From an uncultured virus (IMG/VR IMGVR_UViG_3300025671_000040) (lineage: Duplodnaviria > Heunggongvirae > Uroviricota > Caudoviricetes): a stretch of 64,000 nucleotides of DNA. The position numbers and the translations under genes are program-made. Position 1 is the first letter of the stretch. Each line of letters begins with the position of its first letter. Positions 56,701 through 64,000 of the stretch are shown piece by piece. The notes under the pieces were generated by a model that worked only from the letters and a program-made list of their open reading frames with translations, was not told the DNA's origin and searched no databases. Location of the stretch: the IMG/VR virus record IMGVR_UViG_3300025671_000040. One strand, 5' to 3'.

Positions 56701-57242
56701 TGAGCACCACGACGAGTCATGCCGCCCCCAACAGACGGGATAAGCATCGCTTCATTAAACTGACGTAAAGCTGCCGCAGCAACAGACACTGCTGTTGCTA
56801 CACCGGCTGCCGCAACCGACAAACCTTTCAAAGCTACCTGATAAACTTGAACAGCAGCTCTACCAGTTATCAAGGCCAGTTTAGCAGCCAACAAACCTAC
56901 CGTGAACAAACCGATCTGACCAATTAAAGCAACGAAAGACAGCTTAGATAAAGTCATCATAAACTTTTTAAGAGGAGCAGTTACTCTATTCAACGTCCTT
57001 GCAAAACGGCGATGCGAATGATTAACACGATTCATTCGCTTATCGTGAGCATCTAAATTCTTATTGGTTCTATCAAGAGAGTCACTAGTCTCGTTAATTT
57101 TCTTAGTAGACTCAGATATCCGCTTAGAAAATTTCTTACTTTTTTTCTCTAAGCGATCAAAGCGTTCTTCTAGGACGGTAAGTTCGCCCATCCCATCAAC
57201 ATCAACATCGACCTTAATAACTACACTATCTTGAACAGGCAT
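53799..57242 (-). CDS. Tape measure protein
   Basis: 1147 aa, helical and Ala/Gly-rich; follows the tail chaperones. Confidence 0.85.
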   Translation of the reverse strand: MPVQDSVVIKVDVDVDGMGELTVLEERFDRLEKKSKKFSKRISESTKKINETSDSLDRTNKNLDAHDKRMNRVNHSHRRFARTLNRVTAPLKKFMMTLSKLSFVALIGQIGLFTVGLLAAKLALITGRAAVQVYQVALKGLSVAAAGVATAVSVAAAALRQFNEAMLIPSVGGGMTRRGAQNSALLSRSLGSRTTGLLGGEATTALLAGLAKAGVSPTASGGIARQLVNLTGGDAAAVQAIAKAIGSKDSAELRSALSGAAGFRSGSLQEGLSTNQLLAALSSGSIVSENYRGVGAGLAGTFIGTAKTEFSGMKNMFADMGQPLLNPFRDAMMDMARIIRENFVGMSLLIQRFGADSFAPTLVTLVEKTIDFIRSNIFDHLENIEQMGESFVGFFRSVRDFFRGIGAFLVQFEPAADVVIEMFRAMGATGGGRGLFRSFSDLVVKNAEAFQTFGASIGNVFGAIFDLLKAGQSGFFGKLDLFSDIMNRVASDFIPAIGKFLEALMPILEQLPNAVSGLAAVLNDIVAPVVGHLARVIGALMGIGKIGGAAGGLGLLGLFLGLKNPMAVGKLIKNRVEIAEGARSGVNFLTGTRNGTMLMGGSIGLMGGLNTLQSGPSGGNTAAMIGGGVMMGSSFGLPGMAVGAAAGLLAASITGILGENARAARAEDAVSGAVLSLRDMSLGGGSFADFRARREEGRALRQSYRDLIDTTERDIVYNDILFGETRGNGGGGFFEKLNYFVNDTVSFGNSFYGEERFFFDRESQAAKDLTAFFQSQGKDLSVLNDQEFYDALTGVGPLGQELKRTFEMWEEESLNFESNLQMLKRTTQMTSEEIESVADSLGIDLADGLMNAAGATAVFAAQMLPLIDRNRAFFPSFSTSPLGQAEARATANAAFTTLANADKLTVDLVRDAFEAFAAYEVVMGVSPDVAGFSSNFELMEQVMGHLSTDNQETLMAMLASGTLESATAMSQAYAIPLERIMQFAGDDRIIGTPGTGELRGIETFLAERSAIRGALNLSSGLTGSERFASLEDAGVAPTGKSNYAIRKALLAELGMSGYDAVRFSTADLFTQVETANAGADTSAILLRSLAESGFFDMDETLDNERNISLAAIAADINYLRTEGITVTDGTFTLERGGVALSAITGAT

Positions 57243-57305
57243 AAAGCACCTCCCCCAAAAAGAGAAAGCCAGGAACTTCTATTATTCTATAGAAATTCCC
57301 GGCTG

Positions 57306-57500
57306 TCAGTAGCCACCAGTGCTACCTCTTCTCTTTTTTTCTCTAGCTTCATGATCTGCTGACAACGCCTGCGCAGCAGCCATCCTAATCAACCACTCAT
57401 CCAAATCCGAATCCAAAATCTGAATCGGATCACAATGAAAAGCCTCAGCTAACCTAGCCGAAGATTTAATACGTGGATCGTCGGCTAGTCTATCAACTAG
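57306..57500 (-). CDS. Tail assembly chaperone extension (probable -1 frameshift product)
   Basis: Open -1 frame (LVDRLADDPRIKSSARLAEAFHCDP...) overlapping the upstream stop, with no ATG near its 5' end. Confidence 0.6.
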   Translation of the reverse strand, partial: LVDRLADDPRIKSSARLAEAFHCDPIQILDSDLDEWLIRMAAAQALSADHEAREKKRRGSTGGY

Positions 57501-58015
57501 CCCTGCGTAGGGTCCTCCGCATCAACGTCATCCCCATACCCAGCAAAATCCAGAATCTTCAAAGCAACATTCTCAAGATGTGGATCAACACCATAGAACG
57601 CACGGATAGCGTCAGGCAACGGACGATCAGTACCAGTCATCTCCATCACTACTGGAGAAGCAAACGTGATAGCGTTACCCTCATCATCCAAAACAAGCTC
57701 ATCATCAAAATAGATTCCTGACACAGTGTTACCAATCACGTAGCAAGAAAACTTGATTGAATCCAGCTCGTCAGTCTTGCGGTTCGTGGAGTTACGACGC
57801 CACGCCTTCAACTGCTCATTCGTAATGTTAGGAGAGAAACGTACCGACACGCCCTTACGCTCCGGAACGTCCATCTCAACCTCAGGACGAGTCACTTCAC
57901 GAGAAATCTCGTCCTTAAGCATGTCAAGAACAGACACTCGCTTGCTTGACTTGCCTGACGTTGGCTCCGCCTTAGCAGGAGTAGCGCCAGCTACCTCAAT
58001 CACTTCATCAGCCAT
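57497..58015 (-). CDS. Tail assembly chaperone
   Basis: Position before the tape measure gene; ends DPTQG. Confidence 0.7.
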   Translation of the reverse strand: MADEVIEVAGATPAKAEPTSGKSSKRVSVLDMLKDEISREVTRPEVEMDVPERKGVSVRFSPNITNEQLKAWRRNSTNRKTDELDSIKFSCYVIGNTVSGIYFDDELVLDDEGNAITFASPVVMEMTGTDRPLPDAIRAFYGVDPHLENVALKILDFAGYGDDVDAEDPTQG

Positions 58016-58041
58016 TATTAGCCTTTCTTTATTTAATCTAC

Positions 58042-58779
58042 TCAGTCAGCCAGCGCTGCCCAAGTCTTCGGACCAACAACGCCATCAGCAGCAAGACCCT
58101 CATCACGCTGGAACTGCTTCACAGCACGCACAGTCTTCGGACCAAAGTCACCGTCAACGCCAGAGTTCTTACGAGGACGAGAAGTCAACTTGTAACCATT
58201 CTTGTCAAGCAGCTTCTGAAGGAACTCAACAACTGGACCCTTGTCGCCCTTACGCACCACAGTCTGCAAACAAGCAACGATAAACTCAAAAGCCTTAGCC
58301 AGCTCAGACTTAACAGAAGCCTCCTTAGGAACCTTGATTTCACCCTTAACAGGGAACCACTCCATCTTAGAACCGCTAACACGGCACGGCTGATGATGCC
58401 ACCACTCCGAAGCCACGGTCTTACGAATACCGTACTCTTCAGCAATCTTGTTTACCTGTGAGGTAGAGATAGCGCCCTTCTTGATAATACGGAAGTCAAC
58501 CGCATAACCGTAACCATCAAACTTTGGCTGGCTCATATGATATGAACCCTGGAAGCCTGCACGGTTGATGCGGTCAGGGTTAGCTGCCAGATTGAAACCG
58601 GGCCTACGGCGCTTATAGCCATCATACAGGTACTTCTGCTGCTGATAGGTGCGGACACCAGACACAACAGCAACCTTGCCCGCAATACGCTGATCAGCGA
58701 AGAACGCTTCCAGACGGGCCTTAAACTTCGGGTGAAGATCCTTCACGTTCACCCTGCTACTTGTAACAGGAATAGTCAT
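58042..58779 (-). CDS. Endolysin: M15-family peptidase plus PG-binding domain
   Basis: SGVRT, SYH...AVD, EWWH; DGDFGPKTVRAVKQFQ. Confidence 0.85.
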   Translation of the reverse strand: MTIPVTSSRVNVKDLHPKFKARLEAFFADQRIAGKVAVVSGVRTYQQQKYLYDGYKRRRPGFNLAANPDRINRAGFQGSYHMSQPKFDGYGYAVDFRIIKKGAISTSQVNKIAEEYGIRKTVASEWWHHQPCRVSGSKMEWFPVKGEIKVPKEASVKSELAKAFEFIVACLQTVVRKGDKGPVVEFLQKLLDKNGYKLTSRPRKNSGVDGDFGPKTVRAVKQFQRDEGLAADGVVGPKTWAALAD

Positions 58780-58854
58780 TCGATAATCCTTTGCTAGAGA
58801 ATAACTTGCCTACCTACACTACCAAAACCTACACACTCAGTCAAGCAAAATAAA

Positions 58855-58890
58855 AAAGAAAAAGCGCCACCCGAAGGTGACGCTCTTTCT
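58855..58890 (-). terminator. Intrinsic terminator after the tail tube gene
   Basis: AGCGTCACC-TTCG-GGTGGCGCT then a T-run. Confidence 0.8.
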
Positions 58891-58928
58891 CAAGTGTCTA
58901 GTTTAAGTTGAACTAGATAACGTATTTA

Positions 58929-59378
58929 TCAGGTGCCCTGACCCACAGATGAAACTGAGAAAGTCATAGAAAGAGTAGCGGGAGCGCCAGAAGAAGCGTC
59001 ACCGTCAGGCTCAGTCAGACCCACCAGCAGACACTTCGCATAGCTACGCTCAGAACCCGGAACCTGAAGGTCACAATCCAGTGTGAAAACGCTAATGTCG
59101 TAGTACGCACGACCAACAAGCTGTCTTAATGCCTGAAGGTCAGAGTAGTCTTCGATATCATCTGTAGCAAACCGGCTAACAGTAATGTCACCGATTTCAG
59201 ATGGGGCACAAAGGACCTCTGGATGAATCTTACCGCCGTCATAAACCTTTTCAACAGCAGCGCTAATCTCACCACCGCTTACGGTAGTGAAATACTGCCC
59301 GTTGTTAAAGTTGGGAGCAGTACTGCCGTCACTAGGCTCAATCGTAGCGACAATTTGCCGTTGTGTTGCTTTAGCCAT
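58929..59378 (-). CDS. Tail tube protein
   Basis: 149 aa directly after the sheath; AAGGAG RBS. Confidence 0.8.
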   Translation of the reverse strand: MAKATQRQIVATIEPSDGSTAPNFNNGQYFTTVSGGEISAAVEKVYDGGKIHPEVLCAPSEIGDITVSRFATDDIEDYSDLQALRQLVGRAYYDISVFTLDCDLQVPGSERSYAKCLLVGLTEPDGDASSGAPATLSMTFSVSSVGQGT

Positions 59379-59391
59379 TAATCATATCTCC

Positions 59392-60939
59392 TTAAACTAG
59401 AGGATCACTCAGATTGCTCTTCGTGACCACAATGTCAATCAAATCAGCCACGCCAGAAACACGCACACCAACAGTAGCTTTAACTAGACCAGTCGCAAGC
59501 TGCGAGTTGGGGTTGTTGGTGGCATTAACCGAAACCGTGTAACCCGGATCAATTTGTGCACCTTCAATATCAAACGCAGCATACAGACCATCCTGAAGAG
59601 CGATCGGCTGAAGGAAGTTCTTGATTGAAGAACGAATGTTTGCAAAGAGGTTGCCTCGTGCATCAATCGTGGAGAAAACAAACCGTTCCATACGATCCTC
59701 AATACCGATCACAATGTAGTTCATTGTGTCCTGCTGAGTGATGTAACGCCAGTTGGTCTCATCGTTAGAAGCCGACCGGGCACCATACACACGGATTGAG
59801 TTATTTACCTTGCGGATAGCGTTGATTCTGGCCTTATCGAGAGTTTCAGCAGTGGTAGGAGTAACGTCCTGATAAAGATCAGAAATGCCTACCGCTGAAG
59901 AAATCACACCGGCACCGGCACGCCACGGACCGCCCGCCGCATCAACCGCTTTAGCTCTAGCAGCCGCAGCGTAACTTTCCGGAGAAATGTTGATCGTGGA
60001 AGTCGTAACAGTTGACTCACCCGTCGCAAGCTCAGCAGAGTTAGGTGAAGTAACCTTAATGTGTGGCCAGTAGAAAGCCATGCACTTAGCGTTTGCGTCA
60101 GAGTAGTACGATGAAACGCTGGTCTTAGCCGTAGCTGACGAATCACCCAGGGTGAAAGCACAAAGGGCAATACGGTTGTTGTTAGCAGCGTGGGTACGCA
60201 AAGCGTCCCAAACCGCAGTACCAGTGTAACCCGGAGCTGCAACAGCGCCACTCTTAAGGTTCACGCTGAAGCACGTTGACACATCCGGATCGGAATCGAA
60301 TGTACCATCAAGCGCATCCACGATGTGATCCGCTGTGACTGCCGTACCATCTGACCCTCCAGAAAGGTTCGTGTCAGCAAGCGAATCTGGGTCATTCGAT
60401 GAAGTTGCGTCGTCAGCAGCAACGATCAGATGACTGACCGTTGAAGAGTTGACGAACGAAACAGCATCATCAACATCCACAAGATCACGACTAGACAGAA
60501 GAAGTGTGCTATCTAGCGAAATCTTAAGCCGGAAATAACCGGAAAGAATGTTGCTGTCATCGCTGTTGTTCTCAACAGCGACAGAAAGGTTGTTGCCCCA
60601 AGCGCCCTTGTTCTTTGACGTAAGCGTCATAGTAGCAGAACCGCTTGAATCGTTCAACGTAATCGAAGAAGTCGCCGCATCGTCCGCATCATAGTTGATC
60701 GCACGGAACACATAGCAACGAGAACCGCCCTCATCAAAGAAGGTCTTCACGTGGGAATACATATTCCCTGACTGGTAGTTACCATAGTAGGTCGTGTAGT
60801 CGCTGAAGCTGCGAAGGAGCGTAGGCTCAGTCGTTGATCCACGCTCAGCAGTGCCAACCATAAACACCTGTCCAGCCACATTGTTAGTAGTGCCCACAGG
60901 ACCAGTACGCACTGCAGTGGTGACATTAACTCCCGGCAT
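59392..60939 (-). CDS. Tail sheath protein
   Basis: MPGV start, FFDEGG, GAWGN, INAIR...VYGARS...WRYI. Confidence 0.92.
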   Translation of the reverse strand: MPGVNVTTAVRTGPVGTTNNVAGQVFMVGTAERGSTTEPTLLRSFSDYTTYYGNYQSGNMYSHVKTFFDEGGSRCYVFRAINYDADDAATSSITLNDSSGSATMTLTSKNKGAWGNNLSVAVENNSDDSNILSGYFRLKISLDSTLLLSSRDLVDVDDAVSFVNSSTVSHLIVAADDATSSNDPDSLADTNLSGGSDGTAVTADHIVDALDGTFDSDPDVSTCFSVNLKSGAVAAPGYTGTAVWDALRTHAANNNRIALCAFTLGDSSATAKTSVSSYYSDANAKCMAFYWPHIKVTSPNSAELATGESTVTTSTINISPESYAAAARAKAVDAAGGPWRAGAGVISSAVGISDLYQDVTPTTAETLDKARINAIRKVNNSIRVYGARSASNDETNWRYITQQDTMNYIVIGIEDRMERFVFSTIDARGNLFANIRSSIKNFLQPIALQDGLYAAFDIEGAQIDPGYTVSVNATNNPNSQLATGLVKATVGVRVSGVADLIDIVVTKSNLSDPLV

Positions 60940-61072
60940 AATTGCCTCCATATTATTGTAGTTACAATACTAGTATTGAACATGCCCTGCGGGGATACGC
61001 AAAGCGTACGCTCTATCAAATTTTATTTTACCATGCGAGAAGTAAAGTCGAGTGTAACTAACGTGACTACGG

Positions 61073-61288
61073 TCAAGAATCAGATTGTTTGTTTAACTTT
61101 TCACGTTCTTCTTCGATAACAGCATCCCAATCAACAGTTCCCTTGTCGTTTAAGGGAAGACTTGTGCGTTTCACAACCTCCGCATAACGGCTCAAAACCT
61201 GTTTCCGGTACTCAAGCACATCTTCACGAGTAGGGGCTACTGTGAGAGAATAGTCTCTTAGTTCTTCAAGTTCTTCTTCTGTACTCAT
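61073..61288 (-). CDS. Small hypothetical protein
   Basis: Open ORF. Confidence 0.5.
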   Translation of the reverse strand: MSTEEELEELRDYSLTVAPTREDVLEYRKQVLSRYAEVVKRTSLPLNDKGTVDWDAVIEEEREKLNKQSDS

Positions 61289-61490
61289 ATCGTTAGTCTA
61301 ACTCATCTAAGGTCGCAGCGGGGTCGCTGAGTAAAGAATTCTTTTTGCGAGACTTACCGTCGTCCCAAAAATCTTGACCAGTGCGTGCTTTACGGGTGTG
61401 CCGCAACCAATAATCACTTTGTTCCCTTATCTTAGGGTCTCTTAACAGCTCTCGCCACGTTTTAGCTGATGATCTCATCTTTTATTCCTT

Positions 61491-63983
61491 TCAAGAAAAT
61501 CTAGGCCACAAGCCCGTACTTAAATAAGCAAACACTGCTGCTTCCTTAATGTTGAAATTATAGCCGCCTTCAGGACGCTCCGATCTCCACGGCTTCAAAA
61601 GATCATTTGATAACCAGTTAACAGGTCTAGAGCTACCTAACACAACAATCTCAGATTCTTCACCCTGACCTAAAGAACCAGTAGTAATACGAGGATTATC
61701 AAGATATCCGATACCCATAATAAGTTGAGCAGGAACCACATCATGCTGAAGAACGTGGGTAGGCTCACCCAGTTCACCAACCTCTGCCATCTGTTCTATC
61801 CTATCGTCAGCAGTACCATACTTATTGCCAGCAAACCCCAAAGCAATCCCTATGTCGGTACTCCACGACTCCAAACCGCGAGTCACAGATGGTTCACGTC
61901 CACTAGGAAGCCCGTCGTCATCCCCAACAACATTCGGGATGTAAGTACCTCTAAACACACTAAGTTCAGTAATACCCGCATCTTCCAAGTATTTCTGTGT
62001 TGTGGAATACTGACCTCTAACCCAAGCATCAATAAACGGTGTCAGAAGTTCTTGAATTTCAAAAATTTCTTCTATACCGGCATCAATCTCTGAGGGTTCA
62101 TGAGAAACATCAATATCAAACTCTTCTCCCAAAACTGTTTTAACACGTTCAGATAAGAAGTCCCAATGGAACACTTCACTTCGCGCTTCACCCCAATGGA
62201 TTTGAATAGCTTTAGCAATCCGACTCCCCACCCATGCTTCATTCTCAGTCACTTCTTTTTCATACTCTCTCATTTGTGAAGGAGTAAAACCAGTAGTATC
62301 TCGTTGACGTGAAGTAATTAAATCATTTATTGCAGCAAAAATTTCATACGTTGCATCAGTACGTTGTTTACCAGAAAGAGAACCACCAAGCTCAAACGCT
62401 TCCTCTAGCTTTTTCTGCAACGGCAACAAATCATCCTCAGTAGACAATTCCGCCACCACCGTTTTTAATGCTTTCTGATCTTCCCTTAAATGCACACCAT
62501 CCACAACATCAGCCACAGGACGAGGCTTTCCTTCATGAATATCTGGAACAGAAGAGCCAGTCAAACGATCTTTATCCCAACCCGTCAGTTTTTCAGGCCC
62601 TGGAGGAAGCCCAAAATCTGGCGCAGACGAACGAACCGTATCCAACTCATCAAGCGTGGCAGTCATATCATCCACAATCGTGGGACGAGCTTCGCTTTGA
62701 ACAATTTCTACAGCTTCAGGAATAGTACGCCACTCGCCCATTCCCGAAACCTGCCAACCGCGTGCCCCGTCAACTGACGGATTCACCGTAACGACACCAA
62801 CTTCATTAGGGTCAAGATCAGCGTACGCCTGATAATTAGGAGTCCAAAACAGAGGGTCGGGACGGTTCGGAACATTGTACTGCCGCCAATACGAATATTC
62901 TCTATAGAAATCTCCACGCTCTTCCATCGTAGACGGCGTAGCTGATAAAAGTCTCTTTCTCTCATTTTCTGGCATGCTCTTAGTCCAGGCAGCGATCTCC
63001 GACTTCATTCGCTCCACGGCAGCTGGCCCCGTATCGTCACGGACAGCTTCACGCATTTCATGAATACCACGAACGATCGAATCCGCAACCAACGGGTCAG
63101 TCGTAAAGCTAATAGCGTCGGATACGCCGCCGCCCAACCCTGCAGGAACTTCACCTGATTCGTCTCTTAACTGGGCACGAGTTTTAAACCCTCCATCTTG
63201 CAAACCACTCAAACCTGTAGTTACATGTAACAATCCTTGTGGAAGGTTTTCCCACATGCCTCTCTCAGCCCTAGCGGAATAACCATACCGCTGCCACGCC
63301 TCCGACCTCTCATCATTTTCAGTACCCCAAACCTCTCTAGGGTTACCTATGTCAATCTTATTTAGTACGATAGCCCGAGTGATTTCAGCTTGCCAAGCCT
63401 TTTCGATTTCACGCCTAACTGTCATAGCCGCATCAGCGTCATCCGATGGCAGGGCATCGTAAACTGATCCAATATCAGCAAGGCCGGGTCGCTCATCTCT
63501 AGGCACGGGTAAACCATCATCAGCAATAACTTGCGTCTTAAACAACTCAGGACGCTCTCTCAATAATTCAACACCACGCTCCCATGTTACCTTCCCCTCT
63601 TCAGTATAGCCGACAGGAGGAGGCCCAGGCACCCAAAAACCGCCATCATCAGTTTCGACAACACCTCCCCCAGGAATCTCCGTAGACTCTGGAACGATAT
63701 CATCAACCGACCGGGCCATAACCGAAGCCACTTCATCCTCAGCATCATCCAAATCATCAATCATTTCAGAAACAGCATCATCCCGATCAGAACGCAACTG
63801 ATCAGACAAACCACGCAACTCAGCCAAACGCTCCTTCTGCCGCAAAAACTCAGGAATCTTACCCTCATACTCGGCAAACTCTTCACGCTGACGCTCCAAC
63901 CCCGCAACAGGATCAAGACCATCCAACGGCACATCATTCTCATCCATATAATCCAACAAACGCCACAACACCTGACCCGTCAT
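61491..63983 (-). CDS. Large acidic protein with probable ADP-ribosyltransferase domains (may continue beyond the window)
   Basis: VFRG...ESWST...EESEIVV (R-S-ExE); also LHVTT...GFKT...ISFTTD...GEW. Confidence 0.65.
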   Translation of the reverse strand: MTGQVLWRLLDYMDENDVPLDGLDPVAGLERQREEFAEYEGKIPEFLRQKERLAELRGLSDQLRSDRDDAVSEMIDDLDDAEDEVASVMARSVDDIVPESTEIPGGGVVETDDGGFWVPGPPPVGYTEEGKVTWERGVELLRERPELFKTQVIADDGLPVPRDERPGLADIGSVYDALPSDDADAAMTVRREIEKAWQAEITRAIVLNKIDIGNPREVWGTENDERSEAWQRYGYSARAERGMWENLPQGLLHVTTGLSGLQDGGFKTRAQLRDESGEVPAGLGGGVSDAISFTTDPLVADSIVRGIHEMREAVRDDTGPAAVERMKSEIAAWTKSMPENERKRLLSATPSTMEERGDFYREYSYWRQYNVPNRPDPLFWTPNYQAYADLDPNEVGVVTVNPSVDGARGWQVSGMGEWRTIPEAVEIVQSEARPTIVDDMTATLDELDTVRSSAPDFGLPPGPEKLTGWDKDRLTGSSVPDIHEGKPRPVADVVDGVHLREDQKALKTVVAELSTEDDLLPLQKKLEEAFELGGSLSGKQRTDATYEIFAAINDLITSRQRDTTGFTPSQMREYEKEVTENEAWVGSRIAKAIQIHWGEARSEVFHWDFLSERVKTVLGEEFDIDVSHEPSEIDAGIEEIFEIQELLTPFIDAWVRGQYSTTQKYLEDAGITELSVFRGTYIPNVVGDDDGLPSGREPSVTRGLESWSTDIGIALGFAGNKYGTADDRIEQMAEVGELGEPTHVLQHDVVPAQLIMGIGYLDNPRITTGSLGQGEESEIVVLGSSRPVNWLSNDLLKPWRSERPEGGYNFNIKEAAVFAYLSTGLWPRFS

Positions 63984-64000
63984 CTCCGAATCAGCATCAG

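Noticed and set aside
27548..63983. Stop-codon reassignment
   Set aside because: Long genes are intact in the standard code and neither tRNA is a suppressor

Overview
A 64-kb segment of a large tailed bacteriophage genome. The sheath, tube, baseplate J/wedge/hub and tape measure genes indicate a myovirus. WhiB, a SigA-like sigma factor, Gram-positive-type SOS boxes and leaderless genes point to an actinobacterial host. Bases ~1-15.4 kb are a GC-rich, minus-strand array of about 40 small early or host-takeover-type genes, almost every one or two of them with its own TTGGnn-N16/17-TAnnnT promoter. These genes are interleaved with seven copies of a ~130-180 bp non-coding cassette: paired 17-bp GTTCCRY-N3-RYGGAAC palindromes, 0-5 LexA-like CGAAC-N4-GTTCG boxes, a GGGTCAGCATCTCCCG motif and a polarised CTAHC-N3-RCC-N-ATGGTGTCCC motif. 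Bases 15.6-27.5 kb hold a MoxR AAA+/VWA pair, RHH/HTH regulators, WhiB, tRNA-Ile(UAU), a sharp strand-skew flip near 21.5 kb, a pistol-like self-cleaving ribozyme and nucleotide/redox genes. Bases 27.5-64 kb (lower GC) hold tail fibre, baseplate and tail genes, tRNA-Leu(UAA), HNH, sigma-70, DNA polymerase A, an IMPDH/GMPR-family enzyme, nucleases, lysis enzymes and a probable tandem ADP-ribosyltransferase. The strongest novelty candidates are the operator-cassette array, the pistol-associated RNA and a tRNA-like RNA at 9.7-9.8 kb. All calls come from reading motifs by eye; no database searches were run.
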